A stretch of 64,000 nt of DNA from a virus. The notes under the pieces were generated by a model that searched no databases, was not told the origin of the DNA, and saw only the letters and a list, made by a program, of their open reading frames with translations. The stretch spans positions 32,001-96,000 of the IMG/VR virus record IMGVR_UViG_3300008952_000006, one strand, 5' to 3'. The number at the start of each line of letters is the position of its first letter. Position 1 is the first letter of the stretch. Of this stretch, positions 26,389 through 36,800 are shown piece after piece. The position numbers and the translations under genes are program-made.

Positions 26389-27945
26389 TTGAAAAGTGTC
26401 GAAGAACTCGACCTTTTGATACGTGCAGCCTACCCGGTCATCTTTGTGGTTTCCTACGAAGAAGGCCGGGTAGAGTCTGCGCTGTCAGAAATAGTCGAAC
26501 GCCGTAACGCTAAGGGATCGAATGCCAAACTACATGTTTGGTCGATAACTGAGGGTTGTCGGTGTGGTGATACTGTTCTACAAGATCTCGATGGACCTTT
26601 GGACGTCCTGGAATATATCCAGGGATACAAAGAATCCGGGGTGTTCTTGCTAAGAGACTTCGCAAATTTTCTTAACACAGGCCCAGAGTACCTCATACAG
26701 CGCAAGCTGAGAGATGCTATTTCGGGGCTAGGGCCTGGGGTCAACATAGTAATCGTTGACTCTGAGCTAGAGATACCGCCAAGACTAGAGAAGCTCCTGT
26801 CAGTGATTGACTTCGATCTTCCCAGCCTAGACGAGCTTAGTGTAATCGCTGAGCAACTAATGTCAGACTGTAGCGCCACGGCCTCCCTGAAGGAAGAAGC
26901 GCGGTCTACCATGGTATCGGTCGGAGCCAATACCGCGCTAGGGCTTACCCTGGCCGAGGCTGAGAATGTCTTCGCTAAATCACTAGCTTATAACAGGACG
27001 CTGGACCCACACATTATCATTGATGAGAAGAAGAATATTATCCGAAAATCGGGTGTGCTTCAATTCTATGACGTGGACAGGGACATGAGTTCTGTAGGCG
27101 GTCTAGGAAACCTAAAACGATGGCTTAGCCAAAGGAGTAGCTCCTTTAGTGATGAAGCCAAAGAATACGGCCTACCTAATCCTCGAGGGGTGCTAATTGT
27201 GGGCATCCCAGGGACAGGGAAGAGCCTTGTTTCGAAATGTATTGGGAATGACTGGAACATGCCAGTCCTCCGCATGGATGTGGGGGCCTTGTTTGGCTCC
27301 CTGGTTGGACAATCAGAATCCAATATGCGGAAAGCCTTAAAGACAGCGGAAGCCTTGGCACCCTGCGTGCTATGGATTGACGAGCTTGAGAAAAGCCTAG
27401 GCAGCTCTTCGGGCGTCTCCGATAGTGGGACAACCGCCAGAGTGTTTGGTTCCTTCCTAAGCTGGATGCAAGAAAAGACATCCCCGGTATTCGTCGTTGC
27501 AACAGCAAACGATGTATCGGCACTTCCGCCTGAAATGTTGCGCAAAGGAAGATTCGATGAATTATTCTTCGTAGACCTCCCTAACGCAGTAGACCGCCTC
27601 GAAATCATCGCTATCCATTTGGATAGGCTTGGTAGAAGCTGTACCCGTGACCCAAAAGAGCTATCGTCTCTGGTGGAAGTCACAGAGGGTTTCTCTGGGG
27701 CGGAGTTAGAACAAATCATTATAGATGGGATGTATGCGGCGTTTCCAGAAAACAGGGAACCCACAATAGAAGACTATTTCCAAGCAGCTAGCAACACGGT
27801 TCCCTTGTCATCCACGATGGATGGTAAGATCAGTGACCTGAGAAAGTGGGCGGCTGGAAAGGCTATCCAGGCAAATGAGTCTGGTGACACAGCCAACACA
27901 ATGATCCCAGCTAAAGTTAAACCACGACGGAGAATCATGAATTGA
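26389..27945 (+). CDS. Ycf46-like AAA+ ATPase
   Basis: IRAAYP...YEE.R N-domain; VGGLGNLK.WL; GIPGTGKS; LWIDELEK; PPEMLRKGRFDE. Confidence 0.9.
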   Translation: MKSVEELDLLIRAAYPVIFVVSYEEGRVESALSEIVERRNAKGSNAKLHVWSITEGCRCGDTVLQDLDGPLDVLEYIQGYKESGVFLLRDFANFLNTGPEYLIQRKLRDAISGLGPGVNIVIVDSELEIPPRLEKLLSVIDFDLPSLDELSVIAEQLMSDCSATASLKEEARSTMVSVGANTALGLTLAEAENVFAKSLAYNRTLDPHIIIDEKKNIIRKSGVLQFYDVDRDMSSVGGLGNLKRWLSQRSSSFSDEAKEYGLPNPRGVLIVGIPGTGKSLVSKCIGNDWNMPVLRMDVGALFGSLVGQSESNMRKALKTAEALAPCVLWIDELEKSLGSSSGVSDSGTTARVFGSFLSWMQEKTSPVFVVATANDVSALPPEMLRKGRFDELFFVDLPNAVDRLEIIAIHLDRLGRSCTRDPKELSSLVEVTEGFSGAELEQIIIDGMYAAFPENREPTIEDYFQAASNTVPLSSTMDGKISDLRKWAAGKAIQANESGDTANTMIPAKVKPRRRIMN

Positions 27946-28805
27946 TTAAGTATCGCACTGGGGTATGCCAGTTAGACGAAGCGTTAGCAGGGGGCTTCCC
28001 CTGCGGCGTTTCTGAGATTGTTGGGGGTGACGCCTGCGGCAAAACCTCACTATGCCTTAGTGTGATGCGAGAAGCTTCTCTTGAAGATCTCCCGACAGTC
28101 CTTATCTACACCGAAGGCTTACCCGATAAAGTATATTTTAGTAAGGCGGGTCCAAGCGACTGTGTAGTCGTGACTCCGGGGTTTGGGGAGGCAGCTATTG
28201 AGGCTGGCTTCTCAGCCCTGGTTCACGGGGCGAAGGTTGTCATAATTGACAGCATTACAAACCTGGGGACCTTTACAGAAATGGATTATCCAATTGGGGC
28301 CCGAGAGCCCTATGGTCAGAAGAAGCTCGTTTTCCACGGCCTGAAGGTTCTCCGAGAGGAGGCCATAAAAAGAGAGGCATTAGTCCTCGTGACAAGTCAG
28401 CTAAGAACCCAAATCGGGGCATTAGTCCAAGTACCAGCATCCTCGTTCGAAGGTATTATCAATAATATTTGTAGCACCCGGATAAAAACACGCCGTGCCC
28501 AAGTGAGAACAGAGTACGGTGAGCTAGCCTATGCGAAAATAGAATTCTCTATCTTTCGATCCTTGTCTACCCCTCCGGGGAGCAAGGCATATGGTTTCAT
28601 TTTCAACCAACAGGGCTACAATAAGAACTTTGAATTACTAAGAGCATTGATAGCTAACGGGGTTTTCCGAAAAGCGGGAGCCTACTTTACAGACCCAGAA
28701 GGAAACAATCTTGGGCCTGGGTATCAGCAAGCTTTAGAACAAATAGGAAACAACTTTAACCACTACTGGGAGCTTTATTATGGAAGTCAAAGTAACAATC
28801 AATGA
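27942..28805 (+). CDS. RecA/UvsX-like recombinase-family ATPase
   Basis: TG...LDEALAGGFP, GGDACGKT, VIIDS, SQLR, KAGAYF. Confidence 0.8.
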   Translation: MIKYRTGVCQLDEALAGGFPCGVSEIVGGDACGKTSLCLSVMREASLEDLPTVLIYTEGLPDKVYFSKAGPSDCVVVTPGFGEAAIEAGFSALVHGAKVVIIDSITNLGTFTEMDYPIGAREPYGQKKLVFHGLKVLREEAIKREALVLVTSQLRTQIGALVQVPASSFEGIINNICSTRIKTRRAQVRTEYGELAYAKIEFSIFRSLSTPPGSKAYGFIFNQQGYNKNFELLRALIANGVFRKAGAYFTDPEGNNLGPGYQQALEQIGNNFNHYWELYYGSQSNNQ

Positions 28806-28965
28806 GGACGGGTCAACCGAAATAGAAGTTGACGGCGTCAAAGGCCAGGGATGTACCAAGTACACCGATGCTGTAATCAAGGCACTCGGTGGTACGGTAA
28901 CCTCTGATAAAAAGAAGCCGGAATTTTACGAGAAGGCAGATGAAAACGTAAAGGCGGGGTCATGA
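28780..28965 (+). CDS. DUF2997 family protein
   Basis: V.I..DG..EIEVDGVKG.GC...T...ALG......KPEFY. Confidence 0.8.
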   Translation: MEVKVTINEDGSTEIEVDGVKGQGCTKYTDAVIKALGGTVTSDKKKPEFYEKADENVKAGS

Positions 28966-29381
28966 CTGGCGCTAGAAAAAATAGTCTATTTGTATTAGAC
29001 GATGGCGAGACATATGCTGGCGAAGGTCATGAAATACGTGTAACAGACGAGGAGCTTGCGCGGATTGTAAACGGCGAGAAGATCTACGAAGTTATCCCAG
29101 ATTGGGATGACCCGAATCGGGATGTTCCAGAAGGCGTGCCTACCGAGGCTGCTTTGGAGCCGCGCAGCTCTTTCGAGTATGTCCTAAACAACGATCACGT
29201 AAACAATCGTGTTTGGATAACCGTAAACGAGCCAGATGGCTCAGGTAAAGCCGACATCGGTATCCTGATTAACCATGATGGTGTCTCTATAGATGTTTAC
29301 CCTTTTCAGGCTGACGAAGCCGTGCTCCAACCCTACGTTCTATGGGGGGATATTAGAGAGGCAGAGAAAGATGAAGATTAA
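28962..29381 (+). CDS. hypothetical protein
   Basis: ATGA overlap; 139 aa. Confidence 0.6.
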   Translation: MTGARKNSLFVLDDGETYAGEGHEIRVTDEELARIVNGEKIYEVIPDWDDPNRDVPEGVPTEAALEPRSSFEYVLNNDHVNNRVWITVNEPDGSGKADIGILINHDGVSIDVYPFQADEAVLQPYVLWGDIREAEKDED

Positions 29382-29979
29382 CGTCGCTGCGCTCGCGCAA
29401 GACAGTCTTGTGAATGGTCCTGGACGTCGTAATGTTTTACACGTCCAGGGGTGCTCTGTGGGCTGCCCTGGTTGCTTTAACAAACATACCTGGCCCAAGG
29501 CCGGGGGAACGGAGACAAGCGCTGAGGAGGTCGTCAGGCTGCTCCTGGAGTGGGAACCAGATGGTGTTACCATCTCTGGCGGAGAACCCATGGAGCAGTG
29601 GGAATCCTTGCGCCATATTCTAAAAGAAGTTCATAAAAGAAAGCCAGCAATAGATGTTATAATTTTTACAGGCTGGTCTAAAAACAGACTAAAAAAAGAA
29701 GGACGCCTAGAAGAAATGTCCAAGCCGTTCTACCAAAGTAAAACGCTTGTAAACATGGTTATCGCGGGGCCCTATGTTGAAGAACTTGCATGTGTGAAAC
29801 CACTAATTTCTTCGTCTAATCAAGAAATCATATACATAAACCCTGATTGTGAGAGGGTAGATTTATCTAAGCTCCCACGTGTAGCGGTAGACTGTGGCCC
29901 AAGTGGTTTCGTTATTACAGGTCTCCCAGACAAGGAAACACTAGAAGCGCTAACCAGCCCTGAGGGAGGTGAACGATGA
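29371..29979 (+). CDS. radical SAM protein, NrdG/activase-like (4Fe-4S single cluster)
   Basis: NGPG.R....QGCSVGCPGCFN; GVTISGGEP; SSNQ. Confidence 0.85.
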   Translation: MKINVAALAQDSLVNGPGRRNVLHVQGCSVGCPGCFNKHTWPKAGGTETSAEEVVRLLLEWEPDGVTISGGEPMEQWESLRHILKEVHKRKPAIDVIIFTGWSKNRLKKEGRLEEMSKPFYQSKTLVNMVIAGPYVEELACVKPLISSSNQEIIYINPDCERVDLSKLPRVAVDCGPSGFVITGLPDKETLEALTSPEGGER

Positions 29980-30263
29980 GTAAACACGAGGAAGCGATGA
30001 TGGATGGTGATGCGCGTTTAATAGCAGCGGCCCCCGATATGCTCGCCGCCCTGAAGGCGCTAGACACTGTATGCATGGATGGTTTGGTTTCCGTATGCCC
30101 ACGTACAGGGCTTAGAAAGGAGCTTCACCTCCGAGAGATAATAGATGCAGCTATCAATAAAGCGGAAGGTGAGTGCGAACATGGTCATCCCCCTCAGAAT
30201 TGTATTCTGTGTGAGGATGAACAAGAAAGGGAGGTGAGTAATGTCAGCGTTAATAACGTGTGA
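29976..30263 (+). CDS. hypothetical phage protein
   Basis: ARLIAAAPDML.AL motif; GGAGGT RBS. Confidence 0.65.
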   Translation: MSKHEEAMMDGDARLIAAAPDMLAALKALDTVCMDGLVSVCPRTGLRKELHLREIIDAAINKAEGECEHGHPPQNCILCEDEQEREVSNVSVNNV

Positions 30264-30654
30264 AACGTGTATGAAAGACCAAAATGCCGTAGTAACCGCC
30301 CTGAAAAAATTGGGCATACCAGAAGAGTTAATCTTAATAGCCGAACCTGGGGAGCTTTTACAGCTCTCCGGGTATAGTCGCCAAAGCGCCCAAGTAGAGA
30401 TCTTAATAAAGAAGTCTTACTACGGTGGCTACGGTGACGTTGGGTTTGCTAAAGACAATAAGGGCAACTACAAAATATACGTAGATGACCTAGACGATGG
30501 TGGAGCCCTTGGGGCAAAAGTCGGGGGTAAATTCTCGTCTGGTGTCAGTCAATGGTACGCTGCCTGTGTGGCGCAGAAGGCCCTCAAAAAGCAGGGGCTC
30601 GTGACTAAAGTTAAGAAAAAGGGTAATAAGATTGTAGTTACTGCATCGGGGTAG
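30241..30654 (+). CDS. DUF1257 family protein
   Basis: MS......T..KD...V.AL..LG; L.GY; D.GF; Q.YA; context with Ycf46-AAA and DUF2997. Confidence 0.7.
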   Translation: MSALITCETCMKDQNAVVTALKKLGIPEELILIAEPGELLQLSGYSRQSAQVEILIKKSYYGGYGDVGFAKDNKGNYKIYVDDLDDGGALGAKVGGKFSSGVSQWYAACVAQKALKKQGLVTKVKKKGNKIVVTASG

Positions 30655-30677
30655 CCACTGTGCAGTAGCAACATTGT

Positions 30678-30704
30678 GTGGGCGCTAACGCGCCCCCACT
30701 TTTT
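30678..30704 (+). terminator. weak intrinsic terminator
   Basis: GTGGGCGC-TAAC-GCGCCCCCAC followed by T5. Confidence 0.5.
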
Positions 30705-30719
30705 ATCTAGGAGGTAAGC

Positions 30720-31097
30720 ATGTTTTGGTTAGGTTTATGGGAGAGTATAAAGTCGGGGTCGAAGAAAGCCTGGGCAGCAATTAAAAAGCTGCCCCATTGG
30801 GCAATGATAGCGTTCTTTGTGTTGATCGCTTTGGTCTGGTGGATCTTTCAGCAGTACGTCGGCATCAAAAGAAAAGCCGCTGTAAGAACACAGCAGCTAG
30901 AGATCGAAAAGGAATACGCAAGAAAGGTCGCAGAGATCGAAGGGAATAACAAAGTCGAAGAAGAACGGCTTAGGAACGAATTCGAAGAAGGCAAGAAGAA
31001 GCTAGACGCCGTTAGCCTAGAGATTGACGAAGCAGCCAAGATGGGGCCTGTGGGTATCGCTAACGCTTGGGCGGACTTCCTTGGAGGGAACAAATGA
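30720..31097 (+). CDS. membrane-anchored coiled-coil protein (inner-spanin-like)
   Basis: One TM helix followed by a charged coiled coil; AGGAGG RBS. Confidence 0.55.
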   Translation: MFWLGLWESIKSGSKKAWAAIKKLPHWAMIAFFVLIALVWWIFQQYVGIKRKAAVRTQQLEIEKEYARKVAEIEGNNKVEEERLRNEFEEGKKKLDAVSLEIDEAAKMGPVGIANAWADFLGGNK

Positions 31098-31516
31098 GAC
31101 ACGCTCTTATTACATATCTATCAGTGGGGTTAATAATCCTAACTACCCCCGCAATCGCTTCTGCGGAGCCTACAGACTGTATAGTGCCCCAAGCGATTAC
31201 TACCCCCTGTTCAGGAGTTCTGCTCCCCACAGACGCCGCTGAGGCTGGTTTACGTTGCTTAAGAGTGGACGTCCCCCGACTAACCCTAGAACTCGAGTAC
31301 CAGAAGAACCTATTTGAGTCCCAAAAGAATTATTACACGCTTATATTGAGCGCAGAGCAAAAGAGATCAGCGGGCTTATCTGCACAGATAGACGTGCTAA
31401 TAGCTAAGCCGTTACCAAAGAAGTCTGCGTTTGATAGTCCAGCGTTCTGGACTGTTTTGGGGATGTTTGTTGGCGCGGGTGCAGCTATAGGGATCGCCCA
31501 TTCGCTGCCCCGGTAG
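31094..31516 (+). CDS. exported protein with C-terminal TM helix
   Basis: Signal peptide ending ASA; coiled coil; C-terminal hydrophobic helix; ATGA coupling. Confidence 0.6.
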   Translation: MRHALITYLSVGLIILTTPAIASAEPTDCIVPQAITTPCSGVLLPTDAAEAGLRCLRVDVPRLTLELEYQKNLFESQKNYYTLILSAEQKRSAGLSAQIDVLIAKPLPKKSAFDSPAFWTVLGMFVGAGAAIGIAHSLPR

Positions 31517-31518
31517 CG

Positions 31519-32514
31519 CTATTGCTGCATCTTGCGAGCTATGGAGATAAGCTTATCCGAAACACTGCCCGGATAGAAATCCGGCTTGCCGCTTAGTCTG
31601 CGTATCTCACGAGCCGTTCTTCTTGGGACAGATATAGCGCCCTCGTTTCGCATAATGTCGTAAGCGCCTTTCCCGTACATTTTCTCTATAGGCTTTCGCC
31701 ATTTTTCAGGAAACTTGGTTGGTGGAAGGAAGAAGCCCCCAAGAGGGTGGCCGCCCTTCTTAGGCTGAAGATTCCTTAGGTCTTGCTTCATTAGCTTTCT
31801 TAACGCCCTCTCACCTAGCCTCCCAAGAAGAGGTGTGTCAGCCAGACCTCTGGTAAGCTTACGATGCGCATATTGCATAGGGATTCCCGACGCCAGACCT
31901 GTAGCTCCACGCGACGAGAAGGTAAGACCGAGCGTGTCCATCAATGGGCTCTGTGGACTCTGTCCCTTGGCCGCCAAATACGAACGATGTGACGCGGTTA
32001 GTCCGCCTCCCAAAGCCGCTCCGCTGACGCGTCCCGCCGCGCCCGACAGATAGGTCATGTACGCGTAGCCTAAGTCTCTTCGCGCTTTCCTGTAGGCCCT
32101 CGGGCTAATCCTTCGAAATTTACGTAGAGCTTTTAAGCCATGGTAAGAAGCCAGAAACTCCTCTATAAGCCTCGGGGCCTCACCGGCAGCCTGCAGCCCT
32201 GCGGACTGTAGAGCAACCGCCCCCGGTGCCCTTGATTTCCCCACCCCTTTAGCGGCCCCATAAGCTCGGAGCGTGCTCGCCCCGGTCCCATACATTGGGC
32301 CCTTACCATACAAGTGCATCCTAAGTTTTCGAACTCCGGGCGAGGAGCCCATCAACGTCTTAGCGTGACCGTATTCGTGAGCCAGGATAGAAGCAGGCGA
32401 CTGAGAAGCCACAGCCCTGGTGGTCCTCTCAAGTGAGTGCCCCAGGGCTTGAATTAGTTTTGACTTAGCCGCTTCTTTAGATAGCTCGCCATGGGAGCGA
32501 ATCGGCAATGGCAT
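31519..32514 (-). CDS. basic G/A-rich protein with zincin metallopeptidase motif (possibly virion-internal)
   Basis: ILAHEYGHA...LIEEFLASYHG; N-terminal SKEAA motif. Confidence 0.65.
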   Translation of the reverse strand: MPLPIRSHGELSKEAAKSKLIQALGHSLERTTRAVASQSPASILAHEYGHAKTLMGSSPGVRKLRMHLYGKGPMYGTGASTLRAYGAAKGVGKSRAPGAVALQSAGLQAAGEAPRLIEEFLASYHGLKALRKFRRISPRAYRKARRDLGYAYMTYLSGAAGRVSGAALGGGLTASHRSYLAAKGQSPQSPLMDTLGLTFSSRGATGLASGIPMQYAHRKLTRGLADTPLLGRLGERALRKLMKQDLRNLQPKKGGHPLGGFFLPPTKFPEKWRKPIEKMYGKGAYDIMRNEGAISVPRRTAREIRRLSGKPDFYPGSVSDKLISIARKMQQ

Positions 32515-32526
32515 CTCAGGCCTCTC

Positions 32527-32664
32527 TTAATTCCCCTTGAGTTTATCCAAGGCTTGGCTTGCTTTGCCGCTAAGGTAAGCCCAAGTTCTACCGGCCACAT
32601 GTAAAGTACCGGCGAAATAGGCAATTGGTGTACAGATAGCTGCTGTCCAGAGAATGGTGTCCAT
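32527..32664 (-). CDS. small membrane protein (45 aa, not in ORF track)
   Basis: AGGAG RBS; MDTILWTAAICTPIAYFAGTLHVAGRTWAYLSGKASQALDKLKGN. Confidence 0.5.
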   Translation of the reverse strand: MDTILWTAAICTPIAYFAGTLHVAGRTWAYLSGKASQALDKLKGN

Positions 32665-32672
32665 AGGTGCTC

Positions 32673-33032
32673 CTATTGATTTAGTGGATTGAATTTCTTA
32701 ATGATCGACGTAGTTTGTCGATACAGAAGCACATTAAGAATTGCCCCCGACAAACCAATTGAGACGCCCCACGGCCATTCAATAAAAGCTGAACCAGCAG
32801 CCGCGCCTATAATTAGTGGTAATATTCTAAACGCAAATTGCCACCAGACAGGATCTGATTCGCTTATTTCCAGATCTGCTCCGATGACTTTGCGAAAAGG
32901 TATCTTAAGAACCTGTGTGACGCCGTATGAAATAACGCCACAAAGGAATAAAACAGTTATCAAAGTTGTGTACGAAGGCATAGCACTAAACATGCTAACT
33001 GCCTCCGCAGCTTCAGGAATTGTGCTATCCAT
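32673..33032 (-). CDS. holin-like membrane protein
   Basis: Three hydrophobic segments and a basic C-terminus. Confidence 0.55.
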   Translation of the reverse strand: MDSTIPEAAEAVSMFSAMPSYTTLITVLFLCGVISYGVTQVLKIPFRKVIGADLEISESDPVWWQFAFRILPLIIGAAAGSAFIEWPWGVSIGLSGAILNVLLYRQTTSIIKKFNPLNQ

Positions 33033-33796
33033 TAGGAACCCGAGGATGTGTCTGTAGCAGAAGAAAAGCCGCCAGTCTCATCAGCGAACACACCATTCAA
33101 AAGAGAAAGTTGTGTCATCTTGATCGGCTGCATTCTCTCATATTGAATACCAACAGACTCTTGAACGATCAGACCTTGCGCGTCAACCGCGATTGAATGC
33201 TGCGGAATATAGCACTGGTCTAGATAGACAGAAGCCACTGTATTCTTCTCATTGTCCTTGAAGATCAACAGCAGGCCCATCGGCTGGCTGAACAAGTCCG
33301 AGGCAAGGTTCAAGAACATATCTCCATACCCAGGCGGAATGCGAACAGCGTGTAGACTATCTTTGTACCCGCCAGTGCCGCCTGTGAACCTAGGCATTGC
33401 TGTGGTGGGCGGGACTGTTCCTGTTAGGGAATCAATTGAGTAGGAGCCAGGGTCTGTGCCGTCAGTGGAGTAGTACGCGTACATTGCTCGCAGCAATGAA
33501 GGGCCATGGTAAACAACACGACCGAGAGACAACTGACCAACGCTTCGTCCGGTAATAAAGTAACTTCTGTCCGAACCAATTTCAAAGATCCGGCTGATAG
33601 CTTTATTCTGGGACAGGGCAATATTCTGAGTCAGGCCGATAGGGAATACCAGCATATTATCAGGGTCAGGGTCAAGGTCTGTGTAGTGCGGGGGACCCGC
33701 ACAGATTAAAATAAACTGCCCGTTAAGGAAGTTCCCTTCGCGCAGACCGCCTTGGACGTGGGATTTGTATGGCGACCAGCCTGTTAAATCGGGCAT
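33032..33796 (-). CDS. tail tube protein
   Basis: Directly downstream of the sheath; PIGLTQNI.LSQ...IFEIGS..SYFI.GR; IVQESV.IQYER. Confidence 0.7.
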   Translation of the reverse strand: MPDLTGWSPYKSHVQGGLREGNFLNGQFILICAGPPHYTDLDPDPDNMLVFPIGLTQNIALSQNKAISRIFEIGSDRSYFITGRSVGQLSLGRVVYHGPSLLRAMYAYYSTDGTDPGSYSIDSLTGTVPPTTAMPRFTGGTGGYKDSLHAVRIPPGYGDMFLNLASDLFSQPMGLLLIFKDNEKNTVASVYLDQCYIPQHSIAVDAQGLIVQESVGIQYERMQPIKMTQLSLLNGVFADETGGFSSATDTSSGS

Positions 33797-33814
33797 TTTC
33801 TAACCTCCGCTCTA

Positions 33815-36800
33815 TTAGATGACGATTGTGATCTTTATTCTATTTGCAGGATAGTAAGGAACAAGCGAGACAGTTGCCAAGATCTCGTCCGGACTATCCG
33901 AGGACTGTGATAAGGCATCCAGGGTAGCTTCCGCAACTACGGACCCTGCCACACGATTAAGTGCTGCCTGAATTGAAAGGCTAATGGTTTCCAGAAGCTG
34001 GATGGTAATATTGTTTCTACCAATATACCGTCGCACCATAGACCGAATCATTTTTGCTGTGTAGTCAACAGCTTTCAGGATTGAAAGCTCTCTAGTCTTA
34101 AGAGAGGAAACATCCGTAGTAAGCTGGTGCCTAGAGACAAGTGGGGCTCCCGGGGAATCTTGAATAACCCAGTAGATGCCCCCAGCCGCAGCCGTTGCCA
34201 TCTGGTTTTCACTAAAGATATCACTAGAACCAGAAGGTCTCGTGTAGCCAACCATAGGCAAATTAGTGAAAGGCTGTGATGGGTTCTGCTGTCCAACCAT
34301 GCCTGCAATGCCTGCACAGAGGTAGTAACCAGGAACCAAGACCTCCAAACCGTCAACCGTTGCGCCAACACTTTCTGGTTGTACCATTACCATTCGACGA
34401 TTCTGGAACCCTGATGGACCGCCAGCAATCTCTGCCAGAGTCTCACAAGCCTTCAGTTTTCCAGCCGTAGTGCTTGTATCCACTGCTGCTTGTCGGACTT
34501 TAATCGTGCACAGTTCTCCGTCAGCCTCAAAAGTTGAGAGGCTGCTCAAAGCTCCAGAGCCGACGTTGTAGTAGCTGTCGTCATTGCCGCCAGTGGCTGG
34601 GCCAAACTCACCAGGAATAAACACATCACTGGTCTCAATTGTAACCGTGTCTGCCGAGGGCGTTCCAACAATCAAATAACGGAAAGCGTCTCCTGCGCGG
34701 TCAATGTAGAGACCGTCTGAGGGGAGGTAGGACATTCCGTTCCCGCCAGCCAGAGAGCTACCGCCAGCGTTTAGCAATCCATTAATGGCCATAGGGATGT
34801 TAAAGGCCGCAGCTGCCGCTTCATCAGCAATGGTAAGCTCAAACTTTCCTCCACCGATGTCAGTAATCATAAAGTCAGCGGAGCCCACCAAGGTAGATGC
34901 CTCCTCAGTCGGAAGCGTTGGACAACAAAGAACCATGCGCTCTTTCTTACCTGCGGGCTCAGACATGGAGCTAACATGGAGATTAAACTTCTTAAACACT
35001 TCCATGTCATGCGTCATTGGGGCCAGGGAGTACACTTCGTGCAACTCGAGGAAATCAAGGGCTGTGGAGTAAGCCTCCAAAGTTCCTTGAGGGGCGTCAG
35101 CAGATACGTCACCCACACCAAGACCAGCCACAGAGATATTAGTGGTGTTCAGGAATGCTTGAAACAAGCCCATCGCCAAGGGGTTGTCAGGGTCGATTGG
35201 GCCGACCAAGTCAATAACCTCTTGGATCCCAGAGAACACCAGAAGTCCCGGGTTCGCGGTATCTGCCGACACGTCTTTTCGTAGCGCTTTAATCTGCGCG
35301 TAGACAGGGGCGGTAGAGTTCGCAATAGCAATCCCTGCGGAGTTTCTGTTCACGTTAGGCTTGATTGAGTAGACCTGCATTAAGTCGCTAAATGCCGCCT
35401 CGGGCTCTGGGCGGATGTTCCCACCCGCGTCATCCCCAGCGCCAGCAATCAAGTTTTCTGCTTGTACATACCAGTCTGTTAGGGATGTTCCCCCGGTAAC
35501 CGCAAATTCGGAAATAACCAACTGCGCCCCAGGAAAGGTTAGAGCGTCTAAAGACCACCCTTCAATCCCGACCACGCGACCTTGCACGGAGCCATTGTTC
35601 CAAACAGTGTCACCGGTCATAACTTGGTTGCTACGGCCATGAAAAACACGACTAGTGTACGTGTCAGGGGATGGACCATAAATAGATGGCCAGACCTTGG
35701 TGTACGTAATTACCATGGGGCTTATCGTGGTTGTCGCAAACGTGGTCGCAAAAGCCCCTGTCGGAACGCCCGAAAGAGAATCCCCTGCGGTGCAGATGCC
35801 CACAGTCCCAGTAGAGTAATCAACAAGGCAGTCGTCAATCCCGCGATTTAACATCGCTCCCAGAGTAGAGCCACCCAGGAAGTACTCAGTCAATGTCCCA
35901 ATAGTGGTTGGTGCGGCCAACGGTACAGGGCATGCCTGAGCGAGTGTTGATGTGCAGCCAGTTACGCGTAGGGAGTTATTAGCACCTTGGTCGTCAATAG
36001 TGATTGAGCAAGGCTCCTCGGAAGCCGTAATACTTAGCGCGGGCAGCCCCATAGCATCTTCCAGATCTTGGTCTGTGCCTCCTGCGTTATTTGCAACAAG
36101 GAGAGATGAATTAGTGGTTGCCAAGCCAGTAGTGAGATCTAGCCTGGAGAAACAAAGCGCACCATCTGCCTCATAAGAGATAACGAGGAAAGCGAGAGCC
36201 CCCGCCTGAATCTGGCTGTTAATCTCTGCTGCTAGGTCTGCCAGGAGCAAGAAGGGTCCGCCGCCGTTACCTGTAGCAAGGTCAAGTGTCAGCGTTTGTG
36301 AGAGGGCCCCCTCAACGGTAATAACCAGAGCGCCACCGTCACTCCAGGTGCCACCACCGTTCTGGGAAGCAATCTGCGCCTCCGTACAAGCAGTCCGAAT
36401 GGTCGGGATAGCTATGCCGTCAAGTGTGCAAGAGAGCGTTCCAGGAACGATACTCAATTGATTACGAGACATGGCAAGCATGTTGTACTCAGCGCCGCCC
36501 TGAATCTCGCAGTACCGTCCTTGTCCAACGCCAGCAAACGCGCCGGGGTTAGCAGCGCTTACGTTTGGAACACTTTCTGTTTCTGTTTTAGAACCAGTGA
36601 GCAGACGTTCGATAACAAGCGAATTCGATGCGCTCAAAGAAATAGTCGAGTCATGTCCGAGGGTAGAAGCTGTATTGATTTGTATTGGGTTACCAAGCTC
36701 GCCAAGAGCATTTGGAATCGTAGTAGGAGCACAAGTCCCCAAAGCGCCTAAGGCATTATCAATAGAGACTGTAACTGGAGTTCCCCCTGCCAAAGTGACC

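Noticed and set aside
29371-29979. Assigning the symbol nrdG
   Set aside because: No nrdD in the window; context points to the AAA/DUF1257/DUF2997 module
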